Assembly (NCBI GenBank): GCA_015063305.1 | Contig: SVUJ01000010.1 | Span: 5,028-69,027, forward strand | From: Oscillospiraceae bacterium | GTDB taxonomy: Bacteria > Bacillota > Clostridia > Oscillospirales > CAG-272 | Length of the DNA stretch: 64,000 bases | Direction of reading: 5' to 3' | Shown: one piece after another, positions 1 through 10,493 of the stretch | How the letters are laid out: each line of letters begins with the position of its first letter | How positions within the stretch are numbered: position 1 is the stretch's first letter | Made by a program: the position numbers and the translations under genes | Notes under the pieces: model-generated | The model's input: only the letters and a program-made list of their open reading frames with translations | The model's database searches: none | What the model was told of the DNA's origin: nothing

Positions 1-1242
1 TACTCCCGTCTGCACGACGTTGGAGGCTGGATGGGTGGCGGACTTTATGTAGATATCCCCAACCTTTTCCCGGATTTTGACGCCGATGAAAACGATCCCG
101 CATCCTACAACTTCCCCTTCACCGATAAGATAATCGAGGGACTTATCAAGGCAGGCTGCGAACCCTATTTCCGCCTTGGTGTTACCATTGAAAACGCGCA
201 TATGATAAAGGCATTCCGTATATTCCCGCCCAAGGATTTTGAGAAGTGGGCGCGTATCTGCGAACACGTTATTCGTCACTACAACGAGGGTTGGGCAGAC
301 GGATATCATTTTAACATAACCTATTGGGAGATATGGAACGAGCCCGATGACTGCTACAAGGAAAAGACGGCGGCTATGTGGAAGGGTACTCCCGAGGAAT
401 ATTACCGCCTCTACTCTGTTACCGCAAAGCACCTCAAGAGCTGCTTTGGCGACACTATAAAGGTGGGCGGCTACGGTCATTGCGGAGTATACGAGTACGT
501 TCAGGACACCGAGCTTAAGGGAATAGGACACGAGGATACTTATATATATGAGTTCACTATATCCTTCCTTCACGGATTCTTGAAGTATCAGAGAGAAACA
601 GGCGCGCCCCTTGACTTCTTCTCGTGGCACGTATACGATAACTGCCATAAATCGACCGAAGAAGATTTCATCATTATAACAGAGCACGCAGATTACGTTC
701 GCCGTATACTTGACCATTACGGATATACGAATACCGAGCATCATCTTAATGAGTGGAATCTCTGGACCGACGCGCGCCACCGCGATCTTCCCAGATCGGC
801 GGCTAAAACACTTGGCTTTATGCTTATGATGCAGAATACAAGCACCGATATTATGTGCTTCTATGATGCGGGAATAGGATTTAGCGCTTATAAGTCGCTC
901 TTCAATCCCGACAACGGATATCCCTACCGCACATACTATTCGTTTATGATCTTCAACGCGCTCTATAAGCTTGGAAATTCTGCCGAAAGCAGCAGCTCTG
1001 ACGAGCACGTATTCGTTCAGGCGGGCGTGGACGGAAGAAAGTCGGTTATCGCTCTTGCGAACACCAATAACGAGCAGGTAAAGATAAACCTTGATCTTAG
1101 CGGATTTGAGGCAAGTGACGTTCAGATATACCGCATAGACGAAGAGAACCGTTACACTCTCACAGGCGAGGAGCTTAAGGATAACTCTATTATGATCCCC
1201 GCTAACTCTTGTATTGAGATAAAGATGTTTGATTTGAATTGA
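1..1242 (+). CDS. Glycoside hydrolase, GH39-like (clan GH-A, beta-xylosidase-like); 5'-truncated by window edge
   Basis: Frame is open from base 1 (YSRLHDVGGWM...). It has WEIWNEPD (acid/base), LDFFSWH and HHLNEWN (nucleophile) motifs and a C-terminal beta-sandwich-like region. Confidence 0.8.
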   Translation, partial: YSRLHDVGGWMGGGLYVDIPNLFPDFDADENDPASYNFPFTDKIIEGLIKAGCEPYFRLGVTIENAHMIKAFRIFPPKDFEKWARICEHVIRHYNEGWADGYHFNITYWEIWNEPDDCYKEKTAAMWKGTPEEYYRLYSVTAKHLKSCFGDTIKVGGYGHCGVYEYVQDTELKGIGHEDTYIYEFTISFLHGFLKYQRETGAPLDFFSWHVYDNCHKSTEEDFIIITEHADYVRRILDHYGYTNTEHHLNEWNLWTDARHRDLPRSAAKTLGFMLMMQNTSTDIMCFYDAGIGFSAYKSLFNPDNGYPYRTYYSFMIFNALYKLGNSAESSSSDEHVFVQAGVDGRKSVIALANTNNEQVKINLDLSGFEASDVQIYRIDEENRYTLTGEELKDNSIMIPANSCIEIKMFDLN

Positions 1243-1260
1243 TCTAAAATTACAAATGAT

Positions 1261-1305
1261 ATAATGAGATCCGCACACAAGATTCTTGTGTGCGGATCTC
1301 GTTAT
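1261..1305 (+). terminator. Long inverted repeat / probable terminator after GH39 gene
   Basis: ATAATGAGATCCGCACACAAG-ATT-CTTGTGTGCGGATCTCGTTAT. Confidence 0.6.
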
Positions 1306-1361
1306 AATATCGCAAAAAAGGTAAATACTATATAAAGAAATTTATATAGCAGGAGGATCTT

Positions 1362-1796
1362 ATGATCGAACAGGATACGATAAAATTGCTCCGCGAATGT
1401 GACGCGGGGGTAAAAATGGGTGTAGCTTCTATTGATGACGTGCTTGGCTACGTAAAGTCAAAGGAGCTTAAAGAAACCTTGAACAAATGTAAAGACGAGC
1501 ACGACAAATTAAACGATGAGATACAGGAGCTTCTTAACAAATACAAGGACGAGGGAAAAGACCCGAATCCCATAGCCAAGGGAATGTCGTGGATGAAGAC
1601 GAATATGAAGCTTGTTGTGAATGAGTCTGACCACACTATCGCGGACCTCATAACCGACGGCTGTAATATGGGTGTTAAATCCCTCAACAGATATCTCAAT
1701 CAGTATAAGGCGGCGGACGAGGTGTCTAAGGATATATGCAAGCGACTGATAAATCTTGAAGAGAAGCTGGCGATAGATATCCGCGATTATCTCTGA
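1362..1796 (+). CDS. Ferritin-like four-helix-bundle protein, probably sporulation-associated
   Basis: 144 aa, helical, with AGGAGG RBS. The upstream GTTATA-N14-GTAAATACTA resembles a sigF/sigG promoter. Confidence 0.6.
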   Translation: MIEQDTIKLLRECDAGVKMGVASIDDVLGYVKSKELKETLNKCKDEHDKLNDEIQELLNKYKDEGKDPNPIAKGMSWMKTNMKLVVNESDHTIADLITDGCNMGVKSLNRYLNQYKAADEVSKDICKRLINLEEKLAIDIRDYL

Positions 1797-1815
1797 GAGG
1801 AGAAATAGTAAATTT

Positions 1816-3108
1816 ATGGGGTCAAGCTGTTGGAACGGCAGGGATATTCCAAAATTCGAACGACTTAGCGGGGACAAAAAGACAGAGGTATTGATAATAG
1901 GCGGAGGAATGGCAGGTCTGCTTTGCGCTTATTGGTTGGAGAAGGCAGGGGTGGATTATATGCTCTGCGAAGCCGACAGGATATGCTCGGGAATCACAAA
2001 GAACACGACCGCAAAGATAAGCTCACAGCACGGCTTGATATACGCGAAGCTCGTGCGCGAGTTTGGGGTGGATAAAGCAAAGCTTTATCTTGAAGCAAAT
2101 GAAGAAGCCGTGAGAGAATATCGCAGAATATGTGAGAATATAGATTGCGGTTTTGAGAATAAGGATTCCTTCGTATATTCACGTAACAGCCTGAGAGAGA
2201 TAGAGAACGAGCTGGCGGCAATAGCTAAGCTTGGATATAGAGCCGAGTTTTGTGACAGTCTGTCACTCCCGTTCAAGGTGGAGGGCGCGGTAAAATTCCA
2301 CAACCAAGCTCAGTTTGACCCGCTGAAATTCGTGGCGAATATATCAAGGGGGCTTAATATATTTGAGCATACCAAGATAAAAGAGTTAATAGGGAATACC
2401 GCCATTACCGATAGAGGAAAGATAGAGGCAGAAAAAATAATAGTTACAACTCATTTTCCCTTCATAAATAAGCACGGATGTTATTTTGTGAAGATGTATC
2501 AGCACCGCTCATATGTCATAGCGCTTGAGGGGGCGGAAGATGTGAACGGTATCTACGTTGACGCCTCGCAAAACGGACTTTCCTTCAGGAATTACGGAAA
2601 ATATCTGCTTTTGGGGGGCGGTTCGCACAGAACAGGCAAGAAGGGCGGATGTTGGCAGGAGCTTGAAGATCTCGCGAGAAAATATTATCCTCACTCGCAG
2701 ATAAAATACCGTTTTGCAACCCAGGATTGTATGAGCCTTGACGGTGTTCCGTATATAGGTCAATATTCAAAAAACACGCCAAATATGTTTGTCGCCACGG
2801 GATTTAATAAGTGGGGAATGAGTTCATCAATGGTGGCGGGAAAGCTTCTTTCCGATATGGTTCTCGGAAAGGAAAATAAATACGCCACAGTATTTGATCC
2901 CTCAAGAACTATACTTCGGGCACAGCTTGGCGCAAATCTTTTTGAAACGGCAGTCAATTTTGCCACGCCTACCACTAAGCGTTGTCCGCATCTCGGGTGC
3001 GCCTTGAAGTGGAACGCGCAGGAGCGCTCTTGGGATTGCCCCTGCCACGGCTCTCGCTTTAATGAGCACGGTCAGCTTATAGATAACCCTGCTACCGATG
3101 ATATCTAA
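1816..3108 (+). CDS. FAD-dependent oxidoreductase with C-terminal Rieske [2Fe-2S] domain (YhfW-like)
   Basis: GGGMAG dinucleotide-binding motif, ATGFNKWGM, and Rieske motifs CPHLGC and CPCHGSRF. Confidence 0.9.
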   Translation: MGSSCWNGRDIPKFERLSGDKKTEVLIIGGGMAGLLCAYWLEKAGVDYMLCEADRICSGITKNTTAKISSQHGLIYAKLVREFGVDKAKLYLEANEEAVREYRRICENIDCGFENKDSFVYSRNSLREIENELAAIAKLGYRAEFCDSLSLPFKVEGAVKFHNQAQFDPLKFVANISRGLNIFEHTKIKELIGNTAITDRGKIEAEKIIVTTHFPFINKHGCYFVKMYQHRSYVIALEGAEDVNGIYVDASQNGLSFRNYGKYLLLGGGSHRTGKKGGCWQELEDLARKYYPHSQIKYRFATQDCMSLDGVPYIGQYSKNTPNMFVATGFNKWGMSSSMVAGKLLSDMVLGKENKYATVFDPSRTILRAQLGANLFETAVNFATPTTKRCPHLGCALKWNAQERSWDCPCHGSRFNEHGQLIDNPATDDI

Positions 3109-3330
3109 AGGGCTGTTTCATTAAGATACAGAAGTCGTGATTTGGTTCTCGTCGGCGTACGATTGTACGCCAGAGAGCCAAAGCGCGGCTAAAAAACACA
3201 TATAAAAATTGAAATTCGTAAGAATTTCTACCTAAAAAACCGCTCTTGCTATCAGATTACGATAGTAAAAGCGGTTTCCTTTTTATTCTGTTTTTGTGTG
3301 TTTTTGTTCTGTGCTGAATGAAGCAGTCCT
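3109..3330. mobile_element. MITE-like structured element with ~24-bp imperfect terminal inverted repeats
   Basis: AGGGCTGTTTCATTAAGATACAGAA (3109-3133) pairs with TTCTGTGCTGAATGAAGCAGTCCT (3307-3330). Internal hairpins lie at 3141-3182 and 3237-3277. Confidence 0.5.
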
Positions 3331-3334
3331 GAAA

Positions 3335-5170
3335 TTATTTTGCTGCTTCGCGTCGAGCCTTCATTACCGCCTTCATACGAAGCTCGGTATTCAGTATCTT
3401 CTTGCGAATTCTTATAGACTTCGGTGTTACCTCGATAAGCTCGTCGTCGGTTATAAACTCGATAGCTTCCTCAAGCGAGAAGATCACAGGGGGAGTGAGC
3501 AAGAGCTTTTCGTCAGCGCCCGCAGAACGGATAGCCGTAAGCTGCTTCTTCTTACAGGGGTTGACCGATATATCCTCGTTCTTGGGTGTTTCTCCAACCA
3601 CCATTCCCTCGTAAACGGGGGTCTGAGGACCAACGAAGAGGTTTCCGCGCTCCTGAGTGTTGTAAAGACCGTATCTCGTCGTTTCTCCGTCCTCGGACGC
3701 AACAAGAGAGCCTGTAAATCTCATTACTATCTCACCTCTGTAGGGCTGATAGCCGTCGAATATCGTGTTCATAATACCCTCGCCGCGGGTCGCGGTGAGA
3801 AATTCCGAACGGTATCCGAAAAGACATCTTGAGGGGATAGAATATTCTATTCTCATTCTCGAACCGAGAGGATTCATTTCAAGAAGGTCGCCCTTGCGCT
3901 GACCAAGCTTCTCAACAACAGCGCCAACGTATTCCGAGGGGACGTCAAGCGTAACCCTCTCCATAGGCTCACACTTCACACCGTCTATCTCCTTGAAGAG
4001 AACACGGGGGTTGGAGCACATCATCTCATAGCCCTCGCGGCGCATAGTTTCGATAAGTATGGAAAGGTGCATCTCGCCGCGTCCCGCAACTCTGAATTCC
4101 TCGGTGGTCTCACCGTCCTGAACTCTGAGCGACACGTCCTTAAGAAGCTCCTTGTAAAGTCTGTCGCGGAGCTGTCTTGAGGTAACGAACTTGCCCTCCT
4201 TACCCGCAAAGGGACTGCTGTTTACAGAGAAGGTCATTTCCACGGTAGGCTCACTTACCTTTACAAATTCAAGAGGCTCGGGGGCATTAAGGCTGGTTAT
4301 GGTATCACCAATGGTGATATTCTCAGCGCCCGAGAAGCAAACGATGTCACCCATCTTGGCGTTCTCAACGGGAACTCTTACAAGTCCGTCTATCTGATAG
4401 AGCGAAACTATCTTAGTTCTCTTTGGAGCAGCGCCAGAGTGATAGTTACATATATAAGCGTCTTGATTGGTTCTGATAGAACCGCGCTCTATGCGTCCGA
4501 TACCTATTCTGCCAACGTATTCATTGTAGTCTATAGAAGAAACAAGAAGCTGGAGCTCTCCCTCCTCGTCGCCCTCGGGAGCGGGCATATAGTCGAGTAT
4601 CTTATCAAAGAGGGGAACAAGGTCAACCCCCTCGACATCGGGGTCTTCTGTAGCAGTTCCCGCTCTGCCCGAGCAGTAGAGCATAGGGCTGTCAAGCTGT
4701 TCGTCGGACGCGTTGAGGTCGATAAGCAGCTCAAGTATCTCGTCCTCTACCTCACCGAGTCTTGCGTCGGGCTTGTCTATCTTATTTATAACGATTATAA
4801 CTCTGTGGTTAAGCTCAAGAGCTCGCTGAAGCACGAATCTTGTCTGAGGCATAGGACCTTCCGCAGCATCGACCAGCAAAATAACGCCGTTTACCATTTT
4901 GAGGATTCTCTCAACCTCGCCGCCGAAATCCGCGTGTCCTGGGGTGTCGATGATATTTATCTTCACGTCCTTATAGTGTACGGCAGTGTTCTTTGCGAGT
5001 ATAGTGATACCTCTTTCCTTTTCGAGGTCACCCGAGTCCATAACGCGTGTAACGGTCTCCTGGTTGTCGCGGTAGATTCCGCCCTGCTTGAGCATCTCAT
5101 CAACAAGGGTAGTTTTTCCGTGGTCAACGTGCGCTATTATAGCAACGTTTCTCAAGTCATTTCTTATCAC
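3335..5170 (-). CDS. typA: Translational GTPase TypA/BipA
   Basis: [51 protein letters not shown] and [13 protein letters not shown] motifs; GTG start with AGGAG RBS. Confidence 0.98.
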   Translation of the reverse strand: MIRNDLRNVAIIAHVDHGKTTLVDEMLKQGGIYRDNQETVTRVMDSGDLEKERGITILAKNTAVHYKDVKINIIDTPGHADFGGEVERILKMVNGVILLVDAAEGPMPQTRFVLQRALELNHRVIIVINKIDKPDARLGEVEDEILELLIDLNASDEQLDSPMLYCSGRAGTATEDPDVEGVDLVPLFDKILDYMPAPEGDEEGELQLLVSSIDYNEYVGRIGIGRIERGSIRTNQDAYICNYHSGAAPKRTKIVSLYQIDGLVRVPVENAKMGDIVCFSGAENITIGDTITSLNAPEPLEFVKVSEPTVEMTFSVNSSPFAGKEGKFVTSRQLRDRLYKELLKDVSLRVQDGETTEEFRVAGRGEMHLSILIETMRREGYEMMCSNPRVLFKEIDGVKCEPMERVTLDVPSEYVGAVVEKLGQRKGDLLEMNPLGSRMRIEYSIPSRCLFGYRSEFLTATRGEGIMNTIFDGYQPYRGEIVMRFTGSLVASEDGETTRYGLYNTQERGNLFVGPQTPVYEGMVVGETPKNEDISVNPCKKKQLTAIRSAGADEKLLLTPPVIFSLEEAIEFITDDELIEVTPKSIRIRKKILNTELRMKAVMKARREAAK

Positions 5171-5368
5171 AGGTCAATCTCCTTTTAAAAATTTACTTCC
5201 AAAATAATATTATATCACAAAACTTTCCGATATAAAAGACCATATTTTTATAATTTTTGAAAATTTCTGAAATAATTTATTGTGTATTTTGACATTCAGG
5301 GCGCAATATTGACACATAGGGGTATATGTGTTATAATTATTCGGATAAATCAAGAACAGAGGAACACT

Positions 5369-6022
5369 ATGAAAAAGCTTTTGATATTTGACCTTGACGG
5401 CACACTTGCCGACACACTTCCGTCTATCACACGCGCAATAAACCTTGCATCAGAGAAGCTCGGATACCCCCAGCATAGCTGTGAGGAGGTAAGGGGAGCT
5501 ATAGGAAACGGGGCGCGAAATCTTGTGCGCCGACTTATGCCCGAAAGTGACGCTACAAATGAAGAAAAGGTAGACCGCTTTCTTAAAACTTATGAGGATA
5601 TGTATGACACCACCTATATGGAAGCCAACAAGTGTTACGACGGAATGAGCGAGGCTATCAGAGAGCTTCACAAGAGGGGATACGGTATAGCGGTCCTCTC
5701 AAACAAGCAGGACGCTTACGTAAAGCCTATCGCGGCGCAGTTGATACCCTCGGATATTCTCGCATACGCCGCAGGGCAGAGAAAGGAATACCCTAAAAAG
5801 CCCGACCCCACAGTGCCGCTTATGATAGCGGGTGAGCTTGGTGTTGCTCCCGAAAACACCGCATTTATAGGCGACAGTGACGTTGATATAATCACGGGCA
5901 AAAACGCGGGAATGTTCACCGTTGGCTGTGATTGGGGATATCGCGGCAGAGCCGAGCTTGAGAGTGTCGGCGCTGACAGAGTGATATCGCACCCCACAGA
6001 GCTGCTTGAAATATTCAAATAA
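5369..6022 (+). CDS. HAD-family hydrolase, phosphoglycolate phosphatase-like
   Basis: FDLDGTLADT motif I, LSNK, KKPDP and IGDSDVD; start set at the ATG after the GAGGA RBS. Confidence 0.9.
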   Translation: MKKLLIFDLDGTLADTLPSITRAINLASEKLGYPQHSCEEVRGAIGNGARNLVRRLMPESDATNEEKVDRFLKTYEDMYDTTYMEANKCYDGMSEAIRELHKRGYGIAVLSNKQDAYVKPIAAQLIPSDILAYAAGQRKEYPKKPDPTVPLMIAGELGVAPENTAFIGDSDVDIITGKNAGMFTVGCDWGYRGRAELESVGADRVISHPTELLEIFK

Positions 6023-6048
6023 AAAGATAAGGAGTCCAAATGGAGTCC

Positions 6049-7206
6049 TTATCTTTTTATTCTTACAAGTGTTTCTATTCCTTTAGCAAGGGCTTCGCTC
6101 AGAGCGTCTACGTCGGATTTCTGATTGTACTCCGAAAAGCTTATTCTCAGTGAGCAGTCTGCCTTGTGCGCGTCAAGCCCGAAGGCTATGAGCGAGGAGC
6201 TTGGACTGTGCGAGTGCGATGAGCACGCCGAGCCACTGGAGACGTATATGCCGTCCCTTGAGAGGAAGTGAAGCATAGTTTCGCTCTTTATATTCGGAAG
6301 CGTGATGTTGAGAATATGGGGCGCAAAAGTGCGGTTGGGAATGTTCAGCGTCACGTCAAGCTCCTGTAATTTTTCTATTGCGTAGGAGCGAAGCCCGAGC
6401 ATATGTGAAAGAGTTGCATCAAGGCGAGGATATATGTCTGCAACCGCCGCGCCGAACGCCGCTATTCCTATAACGTTCTCAGTTCCCGAACGCCAACCGT
6501 TCTCCTGTCCGCCGCCAAGCAAAAAGGGAACTATCTTCTTTGCCTTTATCATCTCGTTGGATATATAAAGCGCGCCAACTCCCTTGGGGGCGTGTAGCTT
6601 ATGACCGCTTATCGTAACGAGGTCGGCGTGTATACGAGCCGGGGTGAAGCGGGTCTTCAAAAATCCCTGAACGGCATCACAATGGGTTATTGCCGACGGA
6701 TATTTAGCCTTTATCATAGCGAACGCCTCGGCTACGTTATATAAAGCGCCCGTTTCGTTGTTTACCATCATAAACGACGCCATAAATATCTTTTTGTTCA
6801 AAAGAGAGGATATCTGCTCCAAGTCAAGCACACCGCCGCGTGTGGATATCCTCACCACCTCAAAGCCCTCCTTCTCAAGTCGGCGCATAGCGTTCTCTAC
6901 CGAGGGATGCTCGGAGTTGGTGGTCAATATGAGGTTTGCATCTCTGCGCTCCTTAGCAAAGGCAGAGCCGAATATGGCAAGAGAGGATGCCTCTGTTCCG
7001 CAAGACGTGAAGACTATCTCTCCGCTCCCCTTAGCGCCAAGCGCGGTAAGGATAGAGCGCCTTGCCTCGCTTATCAGCTTTTCTGCCCTCATACCCATAT
7101 CGTGCAGAGATGAGGGATTTCCGTAATTATCAGCCGCTTCAAGCATTTTTGCCCTTGCCGCCGCCGATATTGCCGTGGTGGCACTGTTGTCAAGATATAT
7201 TTCCAT
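6049..7206 (-). CDS. Cysteine desulfurase (IscS/NifS family)
   Basis: YLDNSATT, EHPSV, HCDAVQ, SGHKLHAPKGVG (PLP Lys) and SSGSACSS (catalytic Cys). Confidence 0.95.
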   Translation of the reverse strand: MEIYLDNSATTAISAAARAKMLEAADNYGNPSSLHDMGMRAEKLISEARRSILTALGAKGSGEIVFTSCGTEASSLAIFGSAFAKERRDANLILTTNSEHPSVENAMRRLEKEGFEVVRISTRGGVLDLEQISSLLNKKIFMASFMMVNNETGALYNVAEAFAMIKAKYPSAITHCDAVQGFLKTRFTPARIHADLVTISGHKLHAPKGVGALYISNEMIKAKKIVPFLLGGGQENGWRSGTENVIGIAAFGAAVADIYPRLDATLSHMLGLRSYAIEKLQELDVTLNIPNRTFAPHILNITLPNIKSETMLHFLSRDGIYVSSGSACSSHSHSPSSSLIAFGLDAHKADCSLRISFSEYNQKSDVDALSEALAKGIETLVRIKR

Positions 7207-7267
7207 TTTCAATTCCTTCTATAATGGGGAAGGAAATTTTTCCTTCCCCAAAAAGTTATTCAGTATC

Positions 7268-8269
7268 TTATCTGAAGGTGAAGACCGATATCATACGGTC
7301 AACGTCCTCAATATGAAGTCCAAAGTTGTTTGCTGTTGCGGTGTAGGTTATGCTGTAGAACATATCCGAGTAGAGAACCACTACCTGTTTTATGTGATAT
7401 TCCACACCGTCGTAGTTAGCTTTGAATGTAAGGGATATCGCCGAACGTCCCGCAACGAAAATGTCGCCCTTTTCCTCAATAAGCTCATATCCCGATATGC
7501 TTGCGGCATAGCTTTCCTTGATAGACGCAATATAGTCGCCAAGTGAGGTAGCCGTGTCGGGCGAGTATGAGGTCACCGTGACGTTTGAGCGTTCGCTCTC
7601 CGAGTAAAATGCCTCGGATCTTCCGCTCTCGGAATCGCATATCCAATTCTTCGGAACGTAAAATCTGTATTCAAGATTTTTGTGTGAAGCTATCTTCATT
7701 CCGTCGGGTGTCTTCTTGTCAACAAATTCGTCGCCCCCATGCTCGGCTCTGTCGCAAAGCACGAATACGTCGCTTACAGAGGTTATGGTCGAGGCGTGAT
7801 TTTCTACCGACTCGGTAGGAATATAGAAGTTGAGCGACACCATATCGCCCTTGTGAAGAACGGATATCTGTGTGCAGGTATAATCTGTATCGTCTATCTT
7901 CGCGGTGTAGGTCATCTTAATAGCATCGAGCCCCGCAAGTACAGCGGCATCGCGCGATTTAAGCTCAAAGGAAGCGAGAGAGGATGCATAGCCCTGCGCG
8001 CAGTAGTCGATATACTCCGCGAGAGTCATATCCGCAGAGGGTGTGAAGTATCTTGCCGATATTATCATTTTCTCGGGTACGTAAGCAAAAGCGCTTGATA
8101 TACCGCTTTCGGTATTCACGGTCATCTGCTCGGGAACGTAGAGCTTAAAGGGTTCGCCGCTCACAGATGCGAGGAGCATTCCTTTCGGCACTTCCTCACG
8201 GTCACCGCAGGATGATAAAAGCAAAGTACACAGCATAAGAGCCAGTACCAAAGCTATAAATTTTTTCAT
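7268..8269 (-). CDS. Lipoprotein with two tandem PsbP/DcrB-like domains
   Basis: Lipobox LSSC. Internal duplication: PKGMLLAS..FKLYVPE.. versus PDGMKIAS..YRFYVPK.. Confidence 0.6.
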   Translation of the reverse strand: MKKFIALVLALMLCTLLLSSCGDREEVPKGMLLASVSGEPFKLYVPEQMTVNTESGISSAFAYVPEKMIISARYFTPSADMTLAEYIDYCAQGYASSLASFELKSRDAAVLAGLDAIKMTYTAKIDDTDYTCTQISVLHKGDMVSLNFYIPTESVENHASTITSVSDVFVLCDRAEHGGDEFVDKKTPDGMKIASHKNLEYRFYVPKNWICDSESGRSEAFYSESERSNVTVTSYSPDTATSLGDYIASIKESYAASISGYELIEEKGDIFVAGRSAISLTFKANYDGVEYHIKQVVVLYSDMFYSITYTATANNFGLHIEDVDRMISVFTFR

Positions 8270-8357
8270 TTCAAAGTAGCCTTTCCTTGATATTTCAACT
8301 TATATTATAGCAGATATTTACCCGCATATCAAGAACCATTTGTTAATTTTTACTCTT

Positions 8358-9776
8358 TCAGAGCTCATTTACAAGCTTTTTGAAAAATCTTCCGCGCTCC
8401 TCAAAGTCCGCGAAGGCATCAAAGCTCGCACAGGCAGGGGAGAGGATAACACTATCGCCCGCGCACGCAGCATCGTGCGCGGTGGTAACCGCCTCGGCAA
8501 AATCGGTTCTCTCGATTATGAGCAGCTTTTCGGGAGAATATTTTTTACAGCCGAGTATAGCGTCCTTTATCTTTTTTGCGGTAGCTCCCGTGAGAACGGC
8601 GCATTTTGCGCTCTCGCAAAGAGATCTGGCAAGGGGCTCAAAGGATATGTTTTTGTCGTATCCGCCGCATATCACCACCTTACTGCCGCTAACGGCCGTG
8701 AGTGCGGCGGCGGTGCGTGTGGGGGTAGAATCGATGGAGCTGTTGTAATATTTCACGCCGTCAAGCTCACGTACAAGCTCAAGACGGTGTTCTACACCGC
8801 CAAAGCTTCGGGCTATCTCGGTGTATATATCGGTATCAACAAGACCGTAGGTCAGCGCTATAGCGGTCATATAATTTTCGATATTGTGTTTCCCGGGTAA
8901 TTTTATATCCGATATCTTCAAGAGAAGCTTTTCTGACCTGCCGTCGGAGTATATGATATCGTCGCCCCTTGCAAAAATGGCGAAAGTATTTTCCATCGAG
9001 GGAGAAACTATATCCTCATATGAGCTTTTACTTGAAGAAAACAGCACCATATCTTTTCCGCGTTCACGCGCGATATCGGCGGTGACAGAGTTGTCGGCAT
9101 TCAGAACTAAAAGCCCCGCGCCCACGGAAATTTTTCGCTTTGCAGCTATATATTCTTCCATATCGGTGTGCCAATTCAGGTGGTTTGGCGTGATGTTGGT
9201 TATCGCGGCTCGCAGAGCAGAGAAATCCATAGTCATAAGCTGAAAGCTTGATAGCTCGATGACCGCGGTGTCTTTCTCCGACATCTCGGCGCACTTTGAG
9301 AGCAACGGAGTACCGATGTTTCCGCCAACGTATGCGCGCCCGCGCGCATATCTCTCGGTCATAGACTTCATAAAAAGATGTGTGAGTGTCGTGGTGGTAG
9401 TCTTTCCGTCGCTACCCGTGATGGCGAGTATGTCCGCCTTTGTAAGGGATACGAAAAGCTCCATTTCCGAGGAGAGCAGAGCGCCATTCTTCACAGCTTC
9501 GGGTATAGAGCCCGCGTCGGGACGTATCCCCGGGGAGCGGAAGATAACCGGGGTGTCTATACCGTCAAGGTAGCGCTCCCCAAGTATAAAGCTTACGCCT
9601 TTTTGCTCAAGGATGTCGCATATACCGCCAAAGGCATCTCGCGTTTTTTTATCGCGCACAGTCACCAAAGCCCCAGCGCCTATAAGTATATCTATGAGGG
9701 GCAGGTTGGATTTTCCCATACCCAATACGTCGCATTTTACGCCCCTTAGTTCTTCAATACCGTTTATCTTTTGCAC
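8358..9776 (-). CDS. murD: UDP-N-acetylmuramoyl-L-alanine--D-glutamate ligase
   Basis: ITGSDGKTTTT, GGNIG, ELSSFQL, GVEHRLE and ILSPACASFD motifs; probable GTG start at 9776. Confidence 0.96.
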   Translation of the reverse strand: MQKINGIEELRGVKCDVLGMGKSNLPLIDILIGAGALVTVRDKKTRDAFGGICDILEQKGVSFILGERYLDGIDTPVIFRSPGIRPDAGSIPEAVKNGALLSSEMELFVSLTKADILAITGSDGKTTTTTLTHLFMKSMTERYARGRAYVGGNIGTPLLSKCAEMSEKDTAVIELSSFQLMTMDFSALRAAITNITPNHLNWHTDMEEYIAAKRKISVGAGLLVLNADNSVTADIARERGKDMVLFSSSKSSYEDIVSPSMENTFAIFARGDDIIYSDGRSEKLLLKISDIKLPGKHNIENYMTAIALTYGLVDTDIYTEIARSFGGVEHRLELVRELDGVKYYNSSIDSTPTRTAAALTAVSGSKVVICGGYDKNISFEPLARSLCESAKCAVLTGATAKKIKDAILGCKKYSPEKLLIIERTDFAEAVTTAHDAACAGDSVILSPACASFDAFADFEERGRFFKKLVNEL

Positions 9777-9947
9777 TCTTCGACACCGCCCTTTCCTGTA
9801 TACTATCATTATATACTCAAAAACCCCCTATTGCAAGTAAAATGATGCTAAATTTGTGAAAATAATTGAAAAATCCTCTTTGCAAAATCAAAAAAATTTG
9901 ATATAATGTAAGTTGATGATAATTTGTGGAACGGAGAAAAAATAGAT

Positions 9948-10421
9948 ATGTCTATAGAAAAGGTAAAAAAATACTTTGAATCCTACGGAGTGCAGGATAG
10001 AGTGCTTGAATTTGACGTTTCAAGCGCAACCGTGGAGCTCGCTGCCGCAGCGCTCGGAACAGAAGGTGCGAGGATCGCGAAGACGATATCCCTCGCTAAA
10101 AAAGAAGGCGGCTGTATGCTCGTTGTCTGCGCGGGTGACTACAAAATAGATAACAGAAAGTTTAAGGATAAATTCGGATTTAAGGCATCTATGCTCTCCC
10201 ACGATGATGCCCTCGCTATGACGGGACACGCCGTTGGCGGCGTTTGTCCTTTTGCGCTTCCCGAGGACGTTGAGGTGTATCTGGACGAGTCGCTCAAGCG
10301 CTTTGACACTGTATTTCCCGCGGCGGGATCTTCAAACAGCGCGATAGAGCTCAGCTGTGACGAGCTTTTTGAGTTCTCGCGCGCGGTATCCTGGGAAGAC
10401 CTCTGCAAGCCCAGAGAATAA
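9948..10421 (+). CDS. YbaK/EbsC family aminoacyl-tRNA deacylase
   Basis: SSATVELAA, IAKT, TGHAVGGVCPF and PAAGS motifs. Confidence 0.92.
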   Translation: MSIEKVKKYFESYGVQDRVLEFDVSSATVELAAAALGTEGARIAKTISLAKKEGGCMLVVCAGDYKIDNRKFKDKFGFKASMLSHDDALAMTGHAVGGVCPFALPEDVEVYLDESLKRFDTVFPAAGSSNSAIELSCDELFEFSRAVSWEDLCKPRE

Positions 10422-10493
10422 TCCCGTGGGCGCTCTTCTTTTGGCGATTTTCTTGGGTGTAAGAAAAGCGTACAAAAAATGGGAAGGTTAAAG

